DNA from: Botryllus schlosseri
Lineage: Eukaryota
DNA: 64,000 bases
Direction: 5' to 3'
Assembly: GCA_051294905.1 (NCBI GenBank)
Contig: CM119371.1
Coordinates: 34,784,001-34,848,000, forward strand
A program made the position numbers and the translations under genes. Below, piece by piece: positions 25,117-36,109 of the stretch. The notes under the pieces were generated by a model, which saw nothing but the letters and a program-made list of their open reading frames with translations, made no database searches and was not told where the DNA came from. Position 1 is the stretch's first letter, and each line of letters starts with the position of its first letter.

Positions 25117-27406
25117 CAGTGGTTCTTAACCTTTTTTCCTCCAGCGCCCCCTTTCAAAAATTATCGTGCTCCAGTGCCCCCCACCTCATATTGTAAGGAC
25201 TGTAATAAAGACAATGGGTAAGAGGGAGGGTCGTAACAGCACTTCGTCAGTCCTCCTAAAAAACGATTGTCTTGAGCACCCATAGCGTGATAAACCAAAC
25301 TCATGAGAGGGCTTGGCCACCAAGAACCCCGTCGCTTGATTTCGAGGGTCAGCAAAGTTTATGTGGCCTGGTCGCCCTAGGAGTCAAAATTTTCAATAAT
25401 GCATGAACGAAATAGGTTGTAATTGCATATATATGTCACTATAACCTTTTTATTATCTTAGCCCACGTAATCAGATTTACCAGTAGCGCTGAGTGAGCTG
25501 TTGTATTGGAAAATGAAGGCCACGTAATAATTGAACATATTTGGGCGTGGCCGTTGGTGCAATTAAATCGTTCCATGCAGAGGTGGTCAGTAACGAAGTA
25601 CTTCTACTTTTTGAAGTACTTGAAGTAGATTTTGCCTACTCAAACTACTTTTTAAGTAGTTATGATTTTATACTACTTCTACTTCTACTTGACAGTTTTC
25701 AGTTTTCTAGGCAAAAATAAGCGTAGAATACCTACTTACTTACTTACTTGTGAACCACAACTCCTACTTCTACTTGAGTAGAAATTCCGGCGTTACTTCA
25801 ACTTCTACTTGAGTAGTGACGGTGACTACTTTTACCACCTCTGGTACATGTTAGTTTGTTACCTCTCGTCCGCTATATAGTCAAAAGTTATTGAAACGCA
25901 TAAACGTATTAAACTGAAGTAAGCACGCCATTCAAAATTGGTATTGCGTCACTGGCAAATAATTTTTTTCTGATGGATGTTATTTGTCCTGTGGGGAGCA
26001 GATTGCGACGACAGGATAATTTGGCATGAGCGATTTGAGCACCTATGGACAATTAGGCTGATATACATCGAAGTTTACGCTCAAAATAATGGCAATCCGC
26101 TTCAGCTAAGTTTTTCTCGCTGACGATCTTTTGACACACTTCTCGGAGTCCCATATTCACCGGAACTTCATATGCCTTTGTGCATCGTGGCGTGGTAATG
26201 GCCGAAGCCGAAATGCTTATTTCTATTTTCGCTAATTATGCGTATTCTGCCGTGGGGGAGTCGTAAAAAGATGATGTGTAATTTATGTTCATTCACCGAA
26301 ATAATTTAGGGCACCCTTCGAGCTAACCGATTGGGGGTTTGGGTTGCAGCAGTTTCGGTCTTGGTAAGAGGTCAACGTTCAGTCGGTCTTTTTGGGACTT
26401 TGGTATTGGAAATATTTCGCGCTTTAATCGCGCTCGAGCACCATTCGACTATAATAAACAATATAATAATTGTGTGTGGTATATTCAGGGTCAAATCGAG
26501 GTTGTTATATCAACAATCGGGCACAGTCTCATACCCTGTGGTTCGAACCCTCCGGAATTCACATCGGTGATTGGCAATACGGGGAGATTAATGGTATTGG
26601 ATTTTTTTTAGTGCTTTGTGTTATGTTCGTGTATTTACGTTCAGTGTTGTTCTACTCCTAATTTCTATAGGACTAGTAATTACCGCCAATCATTATTTCC
26701 TCGTGTGTCGTGCTTGTATTTATACCCTGTGTTCTGTTGCGTCGTCCTTTTTCGTTTAACTGTACTCTGGATCGTGTCGCTGCCTGAAGTTATTCTGCTG
26801 ATAATATAATGATTTCGTATTGCAACCTCGTCGTATTGAGATATTGTTCAAACAACATCAAGAACATAACACTTTGTGTAACTATAAGTAAGTCAACGGA
26901 GAATTGGATGCCTATATCTGCTCACATTGAATTTAGTACTGTACCCAGTTATTAATTTTAACATGAATGTATTCCAAACAAAGCAACTCATATTATATAA
27001 CGTTCACGTGAGGTTGTGAACCACAACACAAGAGAGTATAATCCTTCATGATACGATGAAGAAATATTTTGACGATTTAATTGGCGATCTAAAAGTACGC
27101 GCAATTCATTTTATATGAATTATAATCACTTGCTTCATTTATGAAAACATATGTGGAAAACATCGTCGCGCAGCGCGACCAAAAAGTTTGAGATTTGACA
27201 TGTTTTGTTGGATGTCAATTTGTTCTGAATACTCATTAAGGTTATGTCCTACTACCACATCATCTACGGTGAAGCCATTTTTCTTCAGCGCCCCCTTATC
27301 GTCCCCTGAGCCCAGCGCCTCCCATATCACCCCCTGAGCGTTTCCGCCCCCTTCAAAATCGTCAGCGCCGGTTCGGGGGCGCTGGAGGCAAGGTTAAGAA
27401 CCACTG
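25117..27406 (+). mobile_element. hAT-type element, family C, with nested insertions
   Basis: TIR cagtggttcttaacctt / aaggttaagaaccactg, perfect TSD ctgcaaac. Confidence 0.92.
25578..25843 (+). mobile_element. Short family B MITE
   Basis: TIR cagaggtggt / accacctctg with CTACTT repeats throughout; a decayed copy lies at about 43307-43548. Confidence 0.88.
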
Positions 27407-27506
27407 CTGCAAACCGTTCGTACCATCGTAGGCAGACATTATTTGCACTAATAGTGCACTCTGTTATTCGCCACAAGCTGGCACAATGCATTTACCCTCT
27501 TTATCT

Positions 27507-27845
27507 GTGGCAAGATACGTAGTGGTAATCCACAGCTGCAACACCAATGGGTTGCAGGTTCGAATAGGCCGAGGTCGACTCCAGAATTTCTACCGAAGCG
27601 TCGGAGGTTTATTTAGGCTACTCCTCGTCACCTATCGAAAAGTAATCGTCAGATAATATTTGCAACTGAACAAGACACAAAGCGATGCAATGCAGATAAG
27701 GATGTTGAACGACCAATTGCGGTATCTTGAACTGGCATCCACCTTGACCTATAGTGCCCGATGTCACATGTTCTTTTTGTTAATCTCTATTCCGCGCTAA
27801 CTCCCCCTCTCCGTGTAAGCGGTGTCTTATCAAAGCCTAGAAGTT
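27507..27845 (+). mobile_element. tRNA-derived SINE (second family)
   Basis: tagtggtaa ... ggttcgaat ... gaggtcgactc head and ccgtgtaagcggtgtctta tail; related copy on the minus strand at about 43650-43860. Confidence 0.6.
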
Positions 27846-27846
27846 A

Positions 27847-28268
27847 TAGGCTTACCATATTTTGGAAATATAAAAAGAGGACACTTTTTCAGAAATTTGG
27901 GACTTGCAAAACCTGTGGATAATTCTCAAAAATCGGTGAATTTTTCCCACTTTGTGATCGGTTGACTAGAAAAAAAAGGTCATCTTTCCGCTCAGAGCTC
28001 AAAATACCGTTTTTCTCTCCACCTTGCTAGGCGGATGACTAAAAATGAAAGGTCAACTCTTCGCTCAGAGCTAAAATCACCGTTTTTAACTCCGAAATAC
28101 ACGCCGGAGCGTCACTTCTGTGCTAATTTACGGCATATCAATCACAATTTGCTCTAAATCTGACCTAAATTTTCAAAAAAGAGGACAAAATCTCAAAAAA
28201 GAGGACAAAAGGGCGTCCTCCGAGGACACTTTCAAAAAAGTCAAAAAAGGGGACGTATGGTAACCCTA
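27847..28268 (+). mobile_element. hAT-type MITE, family F (TAGGGTTACCAT TIR, AAAAGAGGAC repeats)
   Basis: Ends taggcttaccata / tatggtaacccta; homologous copies at 56280-56683 and 62713-63110. Confidence 0.85.
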
Positions 28269-28876
28269 GTCAAGATTGTCCCCGCTAAATCACGAGGCAG
28301 TTTCGCTTCATTACTAGCAAACTAAGGCGACAAAACAGACCACATTCCTTAGATAGCAGTGGCTTGAGTTTGTTTGTTTTTGGTATTCATGGTGTTTGTC
28401 AACTACGATAAACATTTACACCAGGCCGATATTCTTCATTTTAATTCCGTATCAAGTTCATTGATTGATTGAATGAGAATCATTCGTTGAATGTGGTAGT
28501 GTATTTCACAGTGCAGAACCTACGAACTTCAGTGAACAACATGGGACGACTCTTTTCAGTTATCGGCCAAACTTTCACTTATTTTCACTGCATCCAGAAG
28601 TCACAATTCCACAATAGTCACAAAAGCAAAGTAGGCTATCAAATATGGTATCGAAGAATGTTGCAATGGTATGGAAAATTCCCATTCCTTTCCATACCAT
28701 ATACCTTATGTTCTGGCTACCAGTACTAGTACAAGTACTATTACTATTACCAGCATAAGTGTTTAAGAATCGCTGCACGAATAGTAGTCAGTGACGTAAC
28801 ATCGAACTATATTATCCTCATTATCTATATAAACGCAAAAATACACGTGGAGTTCTTCTTTGCCTTCGAAGTTACG

Positions 28877-30083
28877 ATGGAGGTGAAATTGTACAATCTT
28901 TTACGCGATGAAACCCGTTTGTGGGATTTCTTGGTTGCCAAAGGACTGATTCGCTCGTCTGCGATTCATTCCATAAATGCCCGAACTGGAGATGCAGGAG
29001 GAGGGGAAGATTGCGTTGGAGTGCAAGACCTCGAAATGTGAAAGCGCTATCTGCCCGAGATCGATGGGACCAAGGCCAAGACCCCGACACGTGTATTGGG
29101 ATTCGCTGCAACTCCTGCAAAACTCGCGTGTCCCCGAGGACCGGCACCTTTTTTGCATTTACTGACGGTTTGAGTCGTGCAAACGTCAAACTCAGTTATC
29201 AGAAGGTGATGCAGATCATTTATCATTGGTCGATGGGTAGATTAGGCGCTGATACAACGATATCACGCTTAATAGCTGAATCAACCATTGTCGACTGGCG
29301 AAATTTCTGCCGCGAAATTTGCATTGCAGCTTTTCAGCGACGCGCGAAGTTGGGGGGGAGTCGAGATCCTCGTCGAGATTGACGAATCCCTGGTTCGTGG
29401 CAAAAGGAAGGCGAACCGCAGCCGCTTGTTGCGCGGGGATCAACGGCCAGTGAGTAGCGTCGCGGTTGCTGACGATGATGACGTTGGGTGGACTTCCGGG
29501 GTAAGCGATGTTGGCTCTGGAGTTGATCTCAATGATGGTCCAGGACCAAGCGGAAATCCCAACATAGATGTTGGTACTGCAAGTACGTCAACTCGTGATC
29601 GTCGTGGTCCTTGGGTTGTTGGAATGCGTCAAGTTTCAATTTCTATTGATTCTCGAAATGAACAACATCGGAAAGCCGGCGAGCTGAGGCTCTTCCCAGT
29701 AGAACGGCGAGACAAGCGAACTCTTCATGACTGGATTCTCGCCGAAGTAGAGCTGGGCACAATCATTCATACCGATGAATTGCACGGCTATTATGGTCTG
29801 AGCAGTATCGGATATCATCACGATACTGGTAACCACGCCGGTAACTTTGTGGCGCCAGTTACTGGGGCTCATACTCAGTGTATCGAGACATCGTGCAGGG
29901 TTCGCTTAAAAATAATATTCCATACGTATGATGCGAGGGACGTCCCCGGAGTTGTTTCCCTCGCATTTAGCAGAGGCTTGGTTTCGGTCCCTTACTTTGG
30001 ATCGATGGGAAGATTCGTGCTTTTGTCATGAGACCGACTTTGATTGAAATCCTTCATCTCGGCGACATGATCGACAAAAACTG
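28877..30083 (+). mobile_element. Merlin / IS1595 (ISXO2-like) DDE transposase pseudogene
   Basis: Stitched frames give RCNSCKTRVSPRTGTFF, TIVDWRNFCREIC, LGG/VEIDES, KRKANRSR, GPWVVG, VERRDKRTL, GTIIHTDE..GY, NH..NFV.P.TGAHTQCIE and GTSPELFPSHLAEAWFR. At least three frameshifts, one at the G-run near 29352. TIRs not found. Confidence 0.92.
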
Positions 30084-30689
30084 AAACGATGGGTATACCC
30101 CTGACTCCAGTACGCGAATATTTAGTGCTTTAAATTCTACACCTAAGCCTTCTTTGAGTTTTAGATTTCGGCTTTCTTTTTTGGCATGCTCGTTAATCCT
30201 TTATGGGTAATAGATATGATGAGTCATATAATAATCGCGATCACTGGTTGACTTGTTTCACGAATTAGGTATTTGAAAACATATCACGTCACAAATTGAA
30301 ACACATACCGTTTAATGCATAATGTGACAATGTAAACAAAGAAGGCTTGAACTAAACTATATGGAAGAGTGAATTCTTGTGACTTCAATTTCTACTCGCA
30401 CTTCGCCACTTTGCCTTTATTTTGAATCAAGATTACGCATGGCAGGTACGTAGGCACTAGGCAGCGTAATCGTGACATATGAACACTGAACAGGCTTCAA
30501 AGTATACTAATTTCCAGTTCGTTTGATACAACCCATGGTTTTATGTTTTGAATTCCGAACAACCTTTCGCGGGCCGCATAGAATAGCTTCGCGGGCCACA
30601 CTTTGCCCAGGTCCGACGTATGGGGTAGATTTGGACTGTAATGCCACTCGGACACCACGTCTGGGGCATGTTTGAGCTTTGTTGCCAAT

Positions 30690-30953
30690 ATTGCAGACAA
30701 GATTTTTTGTGAGCAAGGATAATCATACGGTGTTCCAAGTGACTGTTCCGAGTAAATGTCTTCCCTCATATACCACATTCATGATTTTTTATGCAAGCAT
30801 GTATCCGCAACCGCATATGTCCGGTAAGGGTCGTCTTCTCAGTAAATGCTTTCCCACACACAGCACATTCATGATTTTTGACGCCAGCATGGATCTCCAT
30901 ATCAAGCTTGAGGCTACCCTTGTTGAAAAATGTCTTTCCACAATCCACATATA
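30690..30953 (-). pseudogene. About three decayed zinc fingers continuing the array after a frameshift
   Basis: Second frame reads CGKTFFNKGSLKLDMEIH-AGVKNHECAVCGKAFTEKTTLTGHMRLRIH-ACIKNHECGI*GKTFTRNSHLEH, with lost zinc ligands and a stop. Confidence 0.8.
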
Positions 30954-32333
30954 TCACATACATGTTTGTTGTATGACACCAGCATGCATCTCCATATGAA
31001 GCTTGAGGCCTACCTTCTGAGTAAAAGCTTTGCCACACACATTACATGCATGGTTCTTGACGCCAGCATGGATCTTCATATGAAGCTTGAGGTTACCCTT
31101 CTGAGTGAATGCTTTTCCACATACAGAACATTGATGATTTTTGACGCCAGCATGGATCTTCATATGATCCCTGAAGTTACTGTTGTGAGTAAATGCTTTT
31201 CCACACACACCACATTCATGATTTTTGACGCCAGCATGGATCTTCATATGAAGCTTGAGGCCTACCTTCTGAGTAAAAGCTTTGCCACACACATTACATG
31301 CATGGTTCTTGACGCCAGCATGCATCTCCAAATGACGCTTCAGGTTACCCTTCCGAGTAAATGCTTTTCCACACACACCACATTCATGATTTTTGACCCC
31401 AGAATGCATATCCATATGAAGCTTCAGGTGACCCTTTCGAGTATATGCTTTTCCACAGACACCACATTCATGATTTTTGACGCCAGCATGCATCTCCAAA
31501 TGACGCTTCAGCTTACCCTTCTGAGTAAATGCTTTCGCGCACACAGCACATTCATGATTTTTGACGCCGGCATGCATGTCCATATGACGCTTGAGGTTTT
31601 CCTTCCAAGTAAAACCTTTTCCACAAACGTTACATTCATGATTTTTGACGCCAGCATGCCTCTCCACATGACGCTTGAGGTACCCCTTCCGAGAAAATGC
31701 ATTTCCGCACACAGCACATTCGTGATTTTTGATGCCAGCGTGCAAGTCCATATGACGCTTGAGGGCACCCTTCTGAGTAAACGCTTTTCCACACACATTA
31801 CATTCATGGTTCTTGATGCCAGCATGCATCTTCATATGATGCTTTAGGGGATCCTTCTGAGTAAATGCCTTTCCGCACACAGCACATTCGTGATTTTTGA
31901 TGCCAGCGTGCAAGTCCATATGACGCTTGAGGTCACCCTTCTGAGTAAACGCTTTTCCACACACAGAACATTCATGATTTTTGACGCCGGCATGCATCTC
32001 CATATGGATCTTCAGGTGACGCTCCCGAGAAAAAGCTTTGCCACACACAGCACATTCATGATTTTTGACGCCGGCATGCATCTCCAAATGAGGTTTGAGG
32101 CTACCCTTCAGAGTAAATGCCTTTCCACACACAGCACATTCATGATTTTTGGTGCCAGCGTGCAAGTCCATATGACGCTTGAGGCCACCCTTCTGAGTAA
32201 ACGCTTTGCCACACACAGCACATTCATGATTTTTGACGCCAGCATGCATGTCCATATGACACTTGAGGTTAGACTTCAGGGTAAATATTTTTCCACATAT
32301 ATCACATTCATGATTCATGACACCGGAATGCAT
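30954..32333 (-). CDS. Tandem C2H2 zinc-finger protein, 16 intact fingers (459 aa)
   Basis: Sixteen 28-aa units C-x2-C-GKAF-x5-L-x2-H-x3-H with linker AGVKNHE on an 84-bp DNA period. An in-frame TAG lies three codons upstream of the ATG, so no N-terminal effector domain is visible. Confidence 0.9.
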   Translation of the reverse strand: MHSGVMNHECDICGKIFTLKSNLKCHMDMHAGVKNHECAVCGKAFTQKGGLKRHMDLHAGTKNHECAVCGKAFTLKGSLKPHLEMHAGVKNHECAVCGKAFSRERHLKIHMEMHAGVKNHECSVCGKAFTQKGDLKRHMDLHAGIKNHECAVCGKAFTQKDPLKHHMKMHAGIKNHECNVCGKAFTQKGALKRHMDLHAGIKNHECAVCGNAFSRKGYLKRHVERHAGVKNHECNVCGKGFTWKENLKRHMDMHAGVKNHECAVCAKAFTQKGKLKRHLEMHAGVKNHECGVCGKAYTRKGHLKLHMDMHSGVKNHECGVCGKAFTRKGNLKRHLEMHAGVKNHACNVCGKAFTQKVGLKLHMKIHAGVKNHECGVCGKAFTHNSNFRDHMKIHAGVKNHQCSVCGKAFTQKGNLKLHMKIHAGVKNHACNVCGKAFTQKVGLKLHMEMHAGVIQQTCM

Positions 32334-34612
32334 ATCCCCTATTCCTCCACTACTCTTGTGATATCACCTAAAGATATTTCAAGTCGTGATGAATAGTTAG
32401 AATATGAGAGTTTGTGTCACTCATTTGGTGAAATGATCACTACAGAATGCATTTATATACCACAGAAATTGAGATAACATCCTACTTGAAGTCTTAAGAG
32501 CAAAATGCCAGACACAAATTTCAAACAGATGCAGCAAAGTTTGCTAACTCTAATAATTATACGATCCTTCTTATCGCTAGAAGTTAACTAATTAATGATA
32601 ATTATAACTTTGATGTAATTTATCACTGTGTAAAGCTGTGAATCTCGATTGATCATATCGCAACATATGAAACATGTACTACAAAGTGGTGCACGTTAAT
32701 GGAAATGATATATATGTGAAGCTGAGATCACTCACAGTATTGTCACAAAGTGCAATCACATCGGTATGGTCGAAAAACACCAAATCTTCAATGTGATTTA
32801 GAACTGGCATTCAATTCATTGTGGTCGCATAAAAGGCACATATTTGAATTTTACGCATCATTCACAATTTAGTGACGTCCCGGTGAGTGATACTCCAATA
32901 ATCGACTCGAGTCGAAACCTAAGATAGTTTTACTTGCTCAAGTAGTGTTTTTCATATACTGTACTGTCTGTACTACTTCCATTTCAAGATTTTTTAATGC
33001 TGAAATACCAGTTTCTGCATACATAGCCTAGGTTCTTGATGTGCACCTTAATGACGTGCAGCTACGAAGTGGAGCAAATTCATAAACAGGTACAATGCGT
33101 GAAATGCAGTGGTTCTCAAACTTTTTAGAACTGAGCCCAAAACCGAGTTTCAATAATATCTTGCGAAATGAGCCACACACGTCGACGCAAATGCGTATCT
33201 AATGTTAATATGCTGACAACTGGCTGTATGCTACACAATTGGAAAAAAATTAAGTCATTACAATAAAGGTAATCGATTCAGTGAGCTTGACGTGACTGAA
33301 ATTTCTCCCTCATAGTATTTCATTGCAGAACTCTTTTTTACTGTGCGGCACAATATACGCGTAAATGGTTTCCATTTGTTTCCTAGTCACGGACTCATTG
33401 CAAGGAATTTTCAAGCTATATGACACCGGAATTATCAATATTGGTGATTTAATTTAAAAAACAAGCACTAAACTACATTACAAAAAAAATTAGACAAATT
33501 TGGTCTTAAAGTTTAAAAATGAGGATGATTTGGTCTCATTTTCAGCAATTTTAGTCTCACTGATGAATTGGGGTCTTAAAATTGAGACTGATTCAGCTTT
33601 TTAAGACCATATATAATTGTCACAAAATTATTTGGTCTTAAAAATAAGACCAATAAAACGCATCTCATAAGACATGTTGTGCTTATTATGACAGTTTTTG
33701 CTGTGTCAGTATTTTTGGTCTTGTTTTTAAGACATATCTTGCTAATTAAGAAACGACATGATTTGTGGTCTAAAAAATGAGGCCGGAAAGTTGGCATGGG
33801 CCACGAGCTCTAAGACATAACTAGCTTATTGAGGCAGTTTTTGATGTGTCAGTTTTTTTGGTCTTGTTTTTAAGACAAAATTTGCTAATCAAGAAACATC
33901 ATGGTTCGTGGTCTTATAAATCAGAATGGTAAATTGCCATGAGCACAAGACGTAATCAGCTTTCGTTGACAAATTTTGATCCATCAAAGGTCATTGCAAA
34001 TTCAATCTAGTGGTGACTTGAGAGCGGAGAGCCAAAACGTATTTGGTGGTGCCATGTTTGTACATTTCTCGTTGGCCACATGTCACATTTTAAATAAGTC
34101 GAATACAGGATGCATTTGCACCAGAACAAAATTTCAAAGTACCGTACCTTGTCACTTTTCACTGACAAAATGGTGTTGGCACGTCGCACCCAGCACAAAT
34201 ACTATTATATGCTCAGCCTACAGTACATATTGTTTGGAGGATTGTATACAAACTGGTAAGTGTTATCTAAAGGGCTGCCATCGACATAGACCAGAAACTA
34301 AGGACAGACGAAAAATTGGATTAGCATGACAAAACGTTTTTGAGCATACTTTGTATTTATACGAGCCGTGGCATATGACATTCCTTACTTTTCGCCAGAA
34401 ACAATCTGCTCCAGCAACTCCTCGATATTAGAAAGTGATTCGTGGATCTCACGAGAGCTCAGGTCTAGGTTTACCTTTACTCAGGGCCGAAACAGCACTT
34501 CGTCAGCCCCCCTCCCCACCCCCATAGGGCGATAAATCAAACTTCTCCACCTCGTTGTGATTAGAGGCGTTATAGAAAATGGAAAAAGGCCGTACACTAT
34601 GTTTAGACGAAA

Positions 34613-34996
34613 TCATGTTTGAGAGTATGGAGCAAGAACTCGAGTAACAATGCTTGCAGTCTTGGTCCTGGCCGAATAAAACTTATTTGCGATGTTGTAA
34701 TCGGGGAATATTGTTTTGAACAATTGCGATGTACTATCGTTGGTGAGGAATGATTGCTGGTGTTTGACAGTATGGAATGCCCAGGTACCCTCTGCAGCAG
34801 CTGCGTTGTCGTCTGTTGTCGTTGGTGCTGATCGACTTGTGGAAAAAGTATTCATCGACTGGCTCAAATTAATTATTATGACACACTTCTTGTGTTTTTG
34901 GGTATCAATGTGAGTTGAAATAGCGGTCTTTCCTGTGACCTCCAGGTCCCTTCTAACTTCGTTAGATATCTTAGAATTCTCTCTCATAATCGTCAC
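34613..34996 (-). mobile_element. hAT-superfamily transposase fragment
   Basis: AAEGTWAFHTVKHQQSF...LFKTIFPDYNIANKFYSARTKTASIVTRVLAP is a recognisable hAT segment upstream of the catalytic domain. A cagtgttgccaa terminus lies upstream on the same strand near 35562. Confidence 0.75.
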
Positions 34997-36109
34997 GAAA
35001 AACGTTCTGACGCCTGCTCATTTTTACTAATCAGATTTAGCCATATTAGTAGCTAAAACTACGTGCGCAAGTACAATATAATTTAGAAAAATTTATCAAT
35101 GATTAATAGCTTTACTAATTTTTAACCAATGTGTCGACTGCACTGCGCCTTTTTTCACTAGGCAATAAATTCTGCCTTCCCCACAGCTTGAGCTTATTCT
35201 TCTGTAGACCAAACAGCAGGAACCTGATACTGCTGTTTACTGCTAAAATGACGTCCGCCGTGGTAGCTTGGTACAAACGAAACCACTCACGGCCCGAGCT
35301 ATCTCACCACTGAGAAGTCTATAATCTTATGGTGTGTACGTCCCGAGAGTTCCTTTCCTTTATGATGTCATATAATCTCGACACAAAACATAATTTATGA
35401 ATATTATGCAACACAAATACCAGAGAAAAGCAATCGAAGTTCTGTAGTGGTTGAAAATAAGACAAAATAAGGACGCAAGTCGAAAATAATGACATTTCTT
35501 AGAAATAAGGACAGTTGAATTTTCTAAGACGTGAACGTGAAAATCGCTCAATTGGCAACACTGTAATGCAGCCCTGCAACGAACTGCTACGCTTCCCTAG
35601 AATTTCTGACAAACGCCCTCGAGAACGTCACATGACAGTTAATGCAGGAAGTCTCTTTGTGACTAAACACTTGTTACAATAAAACCGCGAAACCAGCCTC
35701 TGAGCATGCGTCAGCCAGACGCAAGGAATAGTGTTCAGATTATTCTCGAAAGTGTGTTACTGATTGTCAGGAAGTCTGTATCTGAACTATCTGTGAGCTT
35801 GCAGTAAAGGTGTTCGCTGAAGTTGGTCACTGATACGGTATCATTATTAGTTAAACGTACAGTTGTGTAACTATAATACGGTGCGCGTCAAGTCATGGAT
35901 AGTATATTTCCTGTGTAATAAGTATTGTTGGCGCTAATCCGATACGCTCCAGCTGTGAGAATGTAGTTTGGCTGGCTTAGTTAGTTTACATCTAGAAACG
36001 TCATAGTAGCACTTGGGTACAGCGTTCAGACTTTCAACTGAGCTTCTAAAATACCTTGTCTATTCCTATACCAGATGCCACTATACTTACCTGAATAATC
36101 GTCACGAAA

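Noticed and set aside
28877..30083. Bacterial IS1595 contamination or recent horizontal transfer
   Set aside because: The motifs fit animal Merlin elements, and the copy is frameshifted and embedded among host repeats.
30954..32333. Regular repeat with variable segments resembling a CRISPR array
   Set aside because: The period is exactly 28 codons and the variable parts are recognition-helix codons; there are no cas genes and the context is eukaryotic.
30954..32333. Calling the array PRDM9
   Set aside because: No KRAB, SSXRD or PR/SET exon is visible, the linker differs, and a stop lies just upstream of the ATG.
30930..32396. Long plus-strand ORFs (305 aa and 168 aa) with repeated MIFDASM motifs
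   Set aside because: Antisense shadows of the 84-bp zinc-finger repeat; the minus frame is a canonical C2H2 array.
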